Assembly: GCA_021613535.1 (NCBI GenBank)
Contig: CP075493.1
Coordinates: 14,632,001 to 14,696,000, forward strand
DNA from: Adineta vaga
Taxonomy: Eukaryota > Animalia > Rotifera
Reading direction: 5' to 3'
DNA length: 64,000 nt
Below, piece after piece: positions 26,649 to 36,485 of this stretch. Below the pieces are notes generated by a model. That model was not told the DNA's origin. It did not search any database and saw only the letters and a program-made list of their open reading frames with translations. Both the position numbers and the translations under genes were made by a program. Numbering within the stretch: position 1 is the stretch's first letter; each line of letters begins with the position of its first letter.

Positions 26649-27068
26649 GTTTTTTATTCGAATGCATCAGTTTTTTCTTGTTTATATTTCACCTGGTGTT
26701 TTTTAAACTATAACTAATTGTACAAATGCGAAAACGTGTCACTTTTTTGTTATGTGTAATTTGTGAAATGTGATAAATCTATTTTTTGTAAATTTTTTTT
26801 ACGAAACTTCTTTCTGGACATGTGTAATTTCTCTTATGTGATCATGAAAACTGAAAATAAAATACAATGGAACCACAATATGCGTAAAAAGTTCTCGATA
26901 AGGAAGCCGTAGAAATAAGCAATTTAAGAGAAAAAAACCGGCGGTTAACCGCGAGAAACCGGCAAAAACCGCGGAAAACCGGCGGTTTTTAGGCGGTATA
27001 CTCTTCAGTTCTACGATCGGTCTACCGCCGGTTAACCGGCGGTTTTTATGCGGTTCGTAGCACATGGG

Positions 27069-27360
27069 GAGATATCTGTTGCATTATTATTGACTATATT
27101 TGTTTGATCAATATGTGTATTATTAGATTTATTATTTACACTCGTTATTGTTTTGTTTTTAGTTTCAATTAATGATTTAATAAATGCATCGATCTTTTGA
27201 TTATGATCTGTATTTGAAGATGAAGAACTATTTCTATTAGACTTTTGTCGTTGTTCAATATTATTGTTGTTATTGTTTTTATTTCTTTTATTATTATTAT
27301 TATTAGAATAAATAGAAGAAGATTTCGATGATTTATCTTTACGTTCTTTTGTTTCTTTGA
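27069..27360 (-). mobile_element. Inverted Penelope copy, 5' part (separated by the CACTA insertion)
   Basis: Reverse complement of 29691-29982 (KETKERKDKSSK...NNATDIS). Confidence 0.92.
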
Positions 27361-27652
27361 CCTTATAAGAAGATGATCTTTTGTTAGTATAGTATAATCG
27401 TGTTGATGTGAAATAATTTGAATGATTGATAAATGAAGACATAAGATAGAATGGTAAAATACTCATTTTTTCTGGTTCGAATAAAAAAATCGATAAATAG
27501 CTCTTAAACGAATGAAGTTAAACTTATCATGGTAATATAAATTAAAGCCTTGTAAGGTTGTTTATAAAGATTCTGATTGGCATATAGAATAGCTGTTTTG
27601 TTTTCTTTCTTTGGTCCTTTCTCTTGCTTTCTATATGAATCATTTAACATCT

Positions 27653-27692
27653 GGTCTTGAAAATGAGGTGTTAATCCTCGAAACGTCGACGA
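27653..27692 (+). ncRNA. Variant minimal type I hammerhead ribozyme in the 5' pLTR
   Basis: gtc-TTGAAAA-t-GAGG-tgttaat-CCTC-GAAAC-GTC-gac: stem I GTC/GAC, C3U/G8A core, stem II, palindromic ACGT stem III, GUC cleavage triplet. Confidence 0.72.
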
Positions 27693-27805
27693 ATATTGTC
27701 AATTTTTTTTCTTTTGTAAATTAATATTATTTATTCAATAAATCATAATCATTGAAATAAATAATTATTTATTAATTTTAATTAAAATTTAAAATTAAAT
27801 ATCAA

Positions 27806-30800
27806 ATGAAAAAATTTAAAGCTGCTGTAATAATGATTAAGTTTATTCTCAAAATATTGCCCATAAAGAAATGGAATTATATTCAAATAATAGGGCAGCA
27901 ATATGGGTCTGTGATTGGAAAAAATGTATTTTTCTATGGCAAGCACCAGCTCAAGATGTCAAAGATTAAGCTGGACTTGGATTTTTTACGAACATGTAAA
28001 CGAGAAAAATTAATTCCAAAATTCGTTCAATTTAAGATCCCATCGACGCATCAACATCATCGACGGGCTATTAATAGTTGTTACGAACAAATGTTACTCA
28101 ATGAATTAAAGCAGAAGAAAAGTGAGTTATCTCGTTTGTATCGTATAGACAGAAATTGTAAGACGTTGTTAAATCTTGACCTGAATCATTTATATGTATG
28201 TAGATTAGAGAGAATTATTAATAAGTTGGTACTATTAAAAGAAACAAAAATCAGGAAAACTCATGTAAGAAAATTAAATAATTTACGTAACAAACAAAAT
28301 CCAAAAACACAATCAGTTAAATCTATTTTATCGCCAATAACTAATTTATCAAAGAGAATTTTAACAGATAAAGAAATAAATATATTAGAAAATGGTTTAA
28401 ATTTTGTTTTACCAGATAACAAATTTGATGAAATGTCATTCATAAGTAATATTGAAACTTTTTTCGTTGAAGTATTAGGTCATTGTACTGACAAAAAGGA
28501 TTATGAAGAAAAAGATGCGGATGAAGAAATAAAATATAATCTATCACCAATTCAATTGCAATATGCTAGTAAAATCAGATCAGTTTGTAATCATTTTCGT
28601 AAGAATGCTAATAAGATAATAAATATACATAAACATGAAACTATTCAATTTAAAAACATTTTGAAAAATCTTTCTAAGGACAAATCAATATTAATCACAA
28701 AGCCAGATAAAGGCAAAGGAATTGTACTAATTGATAGAGAAGAATATAATAATAAGATGCTTGATTTATTAAAAGATTGTAATACATTTAAAATCATTGA
28801 ATGTGATGAAACTATAATACAAGAAGAGAGATTGATACGTAAATTAATACAGTTGAAAAATGAAGGTTTTATAAGTGAAAAAGAATATTATGTTTGTCGA
28901 CCAAGAGGCTCTCAACCAGCTCGAATTTATGGTTTACCTAAAATTCACAAACAAGGAGCACCTCTTCGACCGATTGTGTCAGCTTCAGGAACATTCAATT
29001 ATAAATTAGCAAAGTTATTAGCTACTAAACTTGATCACTTGAGAAGAAACGATAGAATAATTAAAGATACTTTTACATTTGTTGATGAATTGCTTACATT
29101 GAAATTTGATAATTCTCAGATAAAAATGATGTCATTTGATATAACGAGTTTGTTTACCAATGTTCCACTAGATCGAACGATTGAAATTATACTTGATAAA
29201 TTGTATGGATTGCAACACACATGTACTTATAGTGATAAAAAACGTGATGATTGGTGTAACAAATGTAAAAATAGATTTGAAATGAAATATCTACTTGAAA
29301 CATCAACTAAAGAAACTAATTTTACTTTCAATAATAAAATTTATTCACAAATCAATGGTGTAGCCATGGGGTCTCCACTTGGACCTTTATTCGCAGATAT
29401 ATATGTCAATCATTTAGAAGATAAACTAATGTCACGTTTGAAAAATAATGGTTTATTGTATTGGAGAAGATTCGTTGATGACACATATGCTATAATAAAG
29501 AAAGATGCTAATGTCGATAAGATAATTGATATATTAAATAGTTTCGATAATTCTATAGTTTTTACTTTCGAAGAAGAGAAAAACAATTCATTACCATTCC
29601 TCGACATAAACATCACTAGAATACCTAATAATATCATAACCATTAATAAAAACAACGGATCTAATGACAAGCCAATCAACAATACACCCTTCAAAGAAAC
29701 AAAAGAACGTAAAGATAAATCATCGAAATCTTCTTCTATTTATTCTAATAATAATAATAATAAAAGAAATAAAAACAATAACAACAATAATATTGAACAA
29801 CGACAAAAGTCTAATAGAAATAGTTCTTCATCTTCAAATACAGATCATAATCAAAAGATCGATGCATTTATTAAATCATTAATTGAAACTAAAAACAAAA
29901 CAATAACGAGTGTAAATAATAAATCTAATAATACACATATTGATCAAACAAATATAGTCAATAATAATGCAACAGATATCTCGACTAATAACGTTAACAC
30001 CAATCCATCTATCAGACATAATAATAGAAAATTGTTTTCAAAGTTAATAAAAGATTCAGATAAAAAATTGATTTCTAATTTTGACAAGATGATTGATATT
30101 AATTCGAATGATCTCAACATTATTCCAGACAACGAAATTTTACGTGAATCTAAATCAAAAGATAATTGTACATATAATTGCAACTATACAACAACTAACT
30201 CTTGTAACACATCGAATAGAAAGGACATTATTAGTCAAAATTCGACATCCAACATGTATATAAATCAACCAACAACACATACAGATATCATTGAGAATGA
30301 TAGCTCAAATAATACAACATTAATTGATTCAAATAATCGAATTGATATCATACCAACAAATACTAATAGAATAACTAATCTAAAGAATAAAATAAAAAAT
30401 AATTCAATAATAGATATTGATAAAAGTATTAATTTATCTCCAAATTCAAACGTTGATAATAATACCAATATGAATTCAATAGATCATAACATATGTTCAA
30501 ATAATAGAATTTTGCATCAATCTAAATCAAATGTTATATACAGATATAATTCGAACAATAGAACAACTAATTTTTGTAATACATCAAATACAAGTGACAT
30601 GAATGTTCATAATTTGATCTCCATTGTATATATAAATCAACCAACAACACATACAGATGTCATTGAGAATAACAGTTCAAATAATACAGCATTAAGTGAT
30701 CCAAATAATCAAATTGATATCATACCAACAAATATTAATATAACAAGTAATCTAAACAATAGATTAGAAAATGAATCATTATTAGATAATGATAAGAGAA

Positions 30801-32305
30801 TTAACTCAACCAATACAAATTCTAAGCTAGATAACACTATCAAACATAAGTTGAAATCATATAAGACAGTTACTTTTAATCTAAATAATATTCCATTGAA
30901 TAATTCAAATATAACACATATAAATAATGTTATTTTAAATAAAATTCAATCAAACTATAATATAAATCAATCTTCAATGGTATACATGAATAGTTTAAAT
31001 AATAATCCATTAAATACAACAGTTGATCGATCAAATAATTCATTAGATTTAAATACAATCAATACTAATTTATTAACACATTACATAAACTTAAATGAAA
31101 ATGAATCAACAACTCATTTTGAAACAAAATCATTGAATAATTCTTACATTTTCTCAAATAATAATCTATCGAGTAATTCACCTATTGAATTTAATAATAA
31201 CCATAACATTAATACATCTAATACACCTAACTGTTCATCTGAAATTAAAAGATCAAATACCATTACCACTGATAATAATTCATACCATATATCTAATTCA
31301 TTTTCTACAACAATTTATCGAAAACCAACATATACAGGATTATTAACTAAATGGAAATCATACGTACCACACTCATATAAAATTAGTACTATCAGTTGTA
31401 TGATTTACAGAGCTATAAGAATATGTTCTTCATATAAACAGATGCATGAAGAATTTAAATTTATTGAATTTATCAGCAGTCTAAATGGTTATCCTATTAA
31501 TTTTGTAAAAGCTCAAATACGAAAAACACTTACTAGATACATAGAAAAAAGTAATTCAATACAAACACAAACATCTAATGATAAATCTATAAATAATAAA
31601 GATAATTTAGCAAAGAAAAAAAGAATTATTTTAGACATACCATTTATAGGTGAACCATCTAATGTATTAAAAAAGCAGATATCTAAAATAACAAAAGTTA
31701 TAGATCCAGACATTTCATTTCAGGCAATTGAAAGACCACCGATAACACTAGCACGTTATTTTCCAATAAAAGATCAAATACCTAATTTACTTAAATCTAA
31801 TGTTGTATATAAATTAAATTGCTCTAATTGTGATGCTAGTTATATAGGTAAAACTTGTAGACATGTTAAGAAAAGATTTCTAGAACATGGAGCAGAATTT
31901 GATAAAACAACTATAACTAATACTGTCTCTAGTGATGTAACTGTTAATTCTATTACATTAAGACGATCAGATAGAAATAAGAATAAAATTATACAATATT
32001 TTCATAAATCAACAACTGATATAACTATTCCTGAACCAATCAAACAAACACATTCAGCAGTAAAGCAACATGAAAATACTAATAATCATAAAATTGATTG
32101 GAATAACTTTAAGATCATAGCTAGAGACAACAAAAACTATAATTTATTAATAAAAGAATCATTATTAATTAATAATTTCGAACCATTACTTAATAGAACA
32201 ACTACTTCAGTTCCACTTATAATTTTTCCTGAAGGTCTACAGACATATAAACCTAAGGTCAAGATAAAACCAGCGTTAGATCAATCACCATTGGTCGTTG
32301 TCTAA
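27806..32305 (+). CDS. Penelope-like RT plus GIY-YIG endonuclease with a ~560-aa Asn-rich insert
   Basis: KPDKGKG, YGLPKIHK..PLRPIVS, SFDITSLFTNVP, GVAMGSPLGP, RFVDD, LPFLDI, YRKPT; NVVYKLNCSNCDASYIGKT; intact 1499-aa ORF. Confidence 0.97.
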   Translation: MKKFKAAVIMIKFILKILPIKKWNYIQIIGQQYGSVIGKNVFFYGKHQLKMSKIKLDLDFLRTCKREKLIPKFVQFKIPSTHQHHRRAINSCYEQMLLNELKQKKSELSRLYRIDRNCKTLLNLDLNHLYVCRLERIINKLVLLKETKIRKTHVRKLNNLRNKQNPKTQSVKSILSPITNLSKRILTDKEINILENGLNFVLPDNKFDEMSFISNIETFFVEVLGHCTDKKDYEEKDADEEIKYNLSPIQLQYASKIRSVCNHFRKNANKIINIHKHETIQFKNILKNLSKDKSILITKPDKGKGIVLIDREEYNNKMLDLLKDCNTFKIIECDETIIQEERLIRKLIQLKNEGFISEKEYYVCRPRGSQPARIYGLPKIHKQGAPLRPIVSASGTFNYKLAKLLATKLDHLRRNDRIIKDTFTFVDELLTLKFDNSQIKMMSFDITSLFTNVPLDRTIEIILDKLYGLQHTCTYSDKKRDDWCNKCKNRFEMKYLLETSTKETNFTFNNKIYSQINGVAMGSPLGPLFADIYVNHLEDKLMSRLKNNGLLYWRRFVDDTYAIIKKDANVDKIIDILNSFDNSIVFTFEEEKNNSLPFLDINITRIPNNIITINKNNGSNDKPINNTPFKETKERKDKSSKSSSIYSNNNNNKRNKNNNNNNIEQRQKSNRNSSSSSNTDHNQKIDAFIKSLIETKNKTITSVNNKSNNTHIDQTNIVNNNATDISTNNVNTNPSIRHNNRKLFSKLIKDSDKKLISNFDKMIDINSNDLNIIPDNEILRESKSKDNCTYNCNYTTTNSCNTSNRKDIISQNSTSNMYINQPTTHTDIIENDSSNNTTLIDSNNRIDIIPTNTNRITNLKNKIKNNSIIDIDKSINLSPNSNVDNNTNMNSIDHNICSNNRILHQSKSNVIYRYNSNNRTTNFCNTSNTSDMNVHNLISIVYINQPTTHTDVIENNSSNNTALSDPNNQIDIIPTNINITSNLNNRLENESLLDNDKRINSTNTNSKLDNTIKHKLKSYKTVTFNLNNIPLNNSNITHINNVILNKIQSNYNINQSSMVYMNSLNNNPLNTTVDRSNNSLDLNTINTNLLTHYINLNENESTTHFETKSLNNSYIFSNNNLSSNSPIEFNNNHNINTSNTPNCSSEIKRSNTITTDNNSYHISNSFSTTIYRKPTYTGLLTKWKSYVPHSYKISTISCMIYRAIRICSSYKQMHEEFKFIEFISSLNGYPINFVKAQIRKTLTRYIEKSNSIQTQTSNDKSINNKDNLAKKKRIILDIPFIGEPSNVLKKQISKITKVIDPDISFQAIERPPITLARYFPIKDQIPNLLKSNVVYKLNCSNCDASYIGKTCRHVKKRFLEHGAEFDKTTITNTVSSDVTVNSITLRRSDRNKNKIIQYFHKSTTDITIPEPIKQTHSAVKQHENTNNHKIDWNNFKIIARDNKNYNLLIKESLLINNFEPLLNRTTTSVPLIIFPEGLQTYKPKVKIKPALDQSPLVVV

Positions 32306-32441
32306 CCCTATAAAAATTTATAGTTTGGACTTCACCCTTGGTTGCATATCTATCTGAATTTTTCTGAATATTCATACAGCAAGATAGTCTTTTCTCGTTT
32401 TTTATCATTTGTCATTGGTCAATTAATGTGACATATAGAAC

Positions 32442-32482
32442 TTGTCTTGAAAATGAGGCGTTAGCTGTCGAAACGTCGACGA
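32442..32482 (+). ncRNA. Variant minimal type I hammerhead ribozyme in the 3' pLTR
   Basis: ttgtc-TTGAAAA-t-GAGGC-gtta-GCTGTC-GAAAC-GTC-gacga; same core, different stem II. Confidence 0.7.
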
Positions 32483-32670
32483 ATATTGTCAATTTTTTTT
32501 CTTTTGTAAATTAATATTATTTATTCAATAAATCATAATCATTGAAATAAATAATTATTTATTAATTTTAATTAAAATTTAAAATTAAATATCAAATGAA
32601 AAAATTTAAAGCTGCTGTAATAATGATTAAGTTTATTCTCAAAATATTGCCCATAAAGAAATGGAATTAT
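32444..32670 (+). repeat. 3' pseudo-LTR, direct repeat of 27654-27880 including the first 25 codons of the ORF
   Basis: Identical downstream of hammerhead stem II through ...gaaatggaattat. Confidence 0.9.
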
Positions 32671-32682
32671 GTAACTTACATT

Positions 32683-33800
32683 ATTCCAGATCATCTTGAA
32701 TCAAAGTTAAAGTTTATTTAGACATCAACAACGATCGTTGGACACATATGCAATAGCAATCATGATAGAAGAATATGCAAATACAATTTCAATAGCTTCT
32801 TATACTGGAAGTTCGACAGATTGTGAGTTGAAGAGCTAAAAATCTTCTAGAAATGTTAATATCGTCAAACGATATAAGAACAATGAATAAATGCTCATAA
32901 ATTGATATCCTTCAATTGTTATTGGTTCTCTTCCTCCTCGACATTAACTAACAACTATTCAATTCAAGGGGGAAAAATCTCAATGCGGCATTCCGGTAGT
33001 CTGGTGCCTTCCCGCACATTCCCATCCATTCCCAACTATTTCTAACTGGCTTGTTGAAAACTAAAACCGGGAATTGCTTTTCAGCTTATTATTTCATTAT
33101 TCGATGGATATTAAGACAAAGGGTAGAATTTTAAATCAACACAAGGTACTCTGGCGTATTCGAACAAGTTCTCTTGCATTCCCGCGTATTCTCAGGCATT
33201 CAGAATGCCCTCGAATGAGATTTCCCCCCCTTGATATATAGGTTATGAAGTATAACAAGAGATATTCATAGTGGACGTTCTTTCATGAAAGTATTATTTT
33301 TCCATTGTTTTTTTTTCTATATAGAATTGTTCAGCATGCAAATAAATCAATATTTATATCGATCATTTCAAACATACATGCACATCAATTATGTTAAGTA
33401 GCGATTTATGTTCACTTCTTTTCTAACTTTAAGTAATATTACCTCGAATGTTTCAATGCTAAACGGATCATACCTTGTGAACGTGATCTTTTTTCCTTTC
33501 TTTTCTTTCCTTCGTAATATACAGCGAAAATCAATTAAAGAACGAAACAATCATTGTTATATTAGGGATGGTTTTCCAGAACATTTAAGATCAAAATTAA
33601 AGTTTATCTGGACATCTGTAAGATGTACAAGAAGATATAATCAACGATCATTGGATACATATGCAATGCCATTTACAATAAAAAAGTTAAAGAAATTATG
33701 GAAATGCAATTCCGATAGTTTCTTGTATTGGAAGTGTAAGAGATTGTGAATTAAAAAGAGTTAAAAACCTTTTAGAATTATTAATCTTGTCAGTTGATGT
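32683..33800 (+). pseudogene. Two diverged tandem copies of a host gene 3' fragment (32683-32890 vs ~33573-33810); the first is the Penelope target
   Basis: ttccagatcatcttgaatcaaagttaaagtttatttagacatc vs ttccagaacatttaagatcaaaattaaagtttatctggacatc; the first copy has stops and deletions; product unknown. Confidence 0.5.
32964..33234. mobile_element. ~270-bp MITE-like element
   Basis: Imperfect ~30-bp TIRs tcaagggggaaaaatctcaatgcggcattc / gaatgccctcgaatgagatttcccccccttga; no clear TSD. Confidence 0.65.
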
Positions 33801-33850
33801 CAAAACAATAAACAAATTATAATCAAATAAAATTTATTTATAAAAAAAAG

Positions 33851-34147
33851 TTAATTTGGAGATAAATGCACAGTTGGTTTACGATTAGGATCACCATTAC
33901 CAACATTTAAACTTTGTGGGTTCACCCTTGGTCCTAAACTTGATAGACCTCCAGGTGGAGCTTCGGTTAATTGATAAATTCCACTTGTTGGAGCAGGAAC
34001 ACCATCGGCAAAAAAGAATTCTATATTAGCAGGAAGTGGATCAACAGGAGGTTGATATCCTTCGAAACAAAGATATAACAGTTAATAAGAAATTTCTTCA
34101 GCTCCAAAACAAGCACACTTACCAGCTTGCTGTTGACAACAATCCAT
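33851..34147 (-). CDS. 77-aa Pro/Gly-rich microprotein, 2 exons (absent from the ORF track)
   Basis: MDCCQQQAG|YQPPVDPLPANIEFFFADGVPAPTSG...HLSPN*; phase-1 intron 34060-34122 (GTAAGT...AAG); AATAAA just downstream. Confidence 0.65.
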
Positions 34148-35350
34148 TTTGATGCTGAAAATAAAAATAAAAATATATGCAAATGATCGTATTTTAATAT
34201 AAGAGAAGCGCGTGACAACCATTGATGGGTAGCAAAAACAACAACAATAAATGCATAGAGAGTAAGAGAAAAAGCGATTTGAATATGCATATTATCGTTT
34301 GTTATAGAAGAAAGAAATCAAAACAAACAACAAGTGAAGGATTTGTTATCGATGTGTTTTTTTAATTATTCTTTCGAAGGTTTTTGTGAGGATGAAATAA
34401 ACACATTCAGAGTGCTTTTTACTTTATTTTGCTCTTTCACATGAATATCAGTTCATTTTCTTAAACGGCCTTGAAAGTAAAAAACATAAATAAATAAATT
34501 ATCATTTTTTATCTATATTATTTTCGATGTCCTTTTTCGTTCCTTACTTTGCAAAATGAAATACTGTTCTCTTTTATTCATATATGAAGATTATTATCAT
34601 CATTTAATTAATAACATTCACTAATTCTTTGCAGGATTATTTCACCAACATATGTCTTGGAACTCATGTAAACGTTGGTAAATATCTGAGAACACACCGC
34701 CCACTGCCAACAATACAAATGAAAATAATAAAATGATGCAATCGAGAAAAATATGAAAAATGGACATCATAGAAGAAGATTATCATGAAGACATAATGAT
34801 AAAGAGAAGAAAACACATTTCGCAGAAAGGAGAATATAGAAGAAGAAAAATACACACACACTCTCTTCTTCAAATCAGCTTTCTTAACAATTAGTTTTAA
34901 TATCATTGTAGACAATAGGATTCAATGTTTTGAACTTTGAATCGATGAGCTCTGGCTATATCAATAGTTAAAAAGTGTAAACGAAATGTATTTTAGTCAA
35001 TCGTAATCTAAGTAGTTTTACATCACTTTAACTTTAATTTTCATAGTACAGATGCGAAAAGTATCTCTATTCAGATCAAATTCAAGTCTTTAACAGTAGA
35101 CTTTGAGGCTGAGAACGGGAATATTCCACGATTGCACAATTTTTGTTTATTAATAATTGTGTATGTTAGAACAAGAAAAACAATACCATTAAAGTTTTGA
35201 ATGTTAATTTATTGATTGCAGTGTCTACAGATGCGTGGATCATATTCATGAGGAGGAAGTCTTTGTTCAGCATTGTTTGGCAACGGAAAAGGATTATCTT
35301 GAAGATTCGGTTGTTCACAATCGTCAGAAACATTTAAAATGTTGTAACAT

Positions 35351-36388
35351 TTACCACCTGCGTTGCACGTTGCGAACAACTATTTCACGTTTTTTTTCTT
35401 CAACAAAGACAACAATCTGATCCGGTGGCAATGACAGTTGAGCAAACTGTTCGGTATTTCTCTCACTACCTTTCTTCATAGATTCAGCCAATTCAAGCTG
35501 AACACTTTTGCTCGGAGCATTTAAGGATTTTTCGACTCTTTCAGTGGTTTGTTTAAATTTCATCTGTTGTTGTTTCCAATGCTCATTAAACTTTATAATC
35601 TTCGAGCTATAATATGGCGTTGTTTCATTTGTTTCCATCGGTAAACTCTCTTGCTCTATTGGAGATGATCGTCGAGGAGGTAAATTGATTATTTGTCTTC
35701 GAGAATTTTCTACTTCTTGTAGTTGTGCTAATAGAGCATCTTGATGATGTTTACTTTGTGATTTTAATTGAGCAATTTCATCTGTAATTAATTGAATATC
35801 ATGTTTCTTTGTGTGTAGAGCAGGCTCACATTGTTCAACAATCTCATATAGACGATCATGCATAAACATCTTATATTCATCCGAAGTATTATGTTCAAAG
35901 AAACAGATACGATCTACATCAACTTTAATGAGTTCACTTAATAGATGAGCTGTGTTAGCTTCATATTGTTCAGGTCGTTCAGATGGAATTCCATTGACAA
36001 TAATAAATAACGATTGATGCTCAAATGCATATGCATCATTGATATGTAGAAAAGCAACTACATCTTCATCAGGTATTCGACCATTGCGATGTCCAAAAAC
36101 AAATATAACAATCGAAAGAGAATGTTGTTCAAATGCTTTCATAATTTCCTCTCGATTTTCATCGACTAATTGTTGATTAGCTTCGATTAAGCCAGGAATA
36201 TTTGCTATAGCATAAATACGATCTCCATTCTTGCTCGACATGTCTTTCCATTCTGTACGTCGTGTCACTGATCGAGCTGAAAATTTACTTTCAAATGCTT
36301 GATCATCATTTAATAGACGATTAGCCAAGAAGATCTTTCCAACTCCACTATTACCCAATAGAATGAGTCCACAAAGGTTTGTTGCCAT
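35351..36388 (-). CDS. AIG1/GIMAP-like GTPase paralog B with a degenerate P-loop
   Basis: GLILLGNSGVGKI, SARSVT, IANIPGL, GRIPDED; coiled-coil tail; a second frame stays open to a TAA at 35209, so a frameshift is possible. Confidence 0.8.
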   Translation of the reverse strand: MATNLCGLILLGNSGVGKIFLANRLLNDDQAFESKFSARSVTRRTEWKDMSSKNGDRIYAIANIPGLIEANQQLVDENREEIMKAFEQHSLSIVIFVFGHRNGRIPDEDVVAFLHINDAYAFEHQSLFIIVNGIPSERPEQYEANTAHLLSELIKVDVDRICFFEHNTSDEYKMFMHDRLYEIVEQCEPALHTKKHDIQLITDEIAQLKSQSKHHQDALLAQLQEVENSRRQIINLPPRRSSPIEQESLPMETNETTPYYSSKIIKFNEHWKQQQMKFKQTTERVEKSLNAPSKSVQLELAESMKKGSERNTEQFAQLSLPPDQIVVFVEEKKREIVVRNVQRRW

Positions 36389-36485
36389 AGCAAAACTTTC
36401 TCTATCTAAAATGTTCAATTCAGAAAATAAATGTATTCTTAACTAACATGATGATTTATTTTTATTGTTAAAAAGAAAAAAATAA

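Larger units (their letters stand above)
21185..27068 (+). mobile_element. CACTA/EnSpm (CMC superfamily) DNA transposon, 5884 bp, apparently intact
   Basis: TIR CCCATGT...ACATGGG; 2-bp TSD GA (21183-84 and 27069-70) shown by comparison with the empty site in the forward Penelope copy; GC-rich ACCG(G/C)CGGT subterminal repeats at both ends. Confidence 0.92.
18531..32670. mobile_element. Composite Penelope-like insertion (inverted truncated copy plus full-length copy) flanked by a 12-bp TSD
   Basis: GTAACTTACATT at 18519-18530 and 32671-32682; both element 3' ends face outward. Confidence 0.92.

Noticed and set aside
27032-27466. 144-aa ORF
   Set aside because: Chimera of the Penelope 5' region antisense, the inverted Asn-rich fragment and the CACTA end
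29620-31300. Asn-rich RT insert as an intein
   Set aside because: No Cys/Ser1, TxxH or terminal HN motifs at its borders; low complexity throughout
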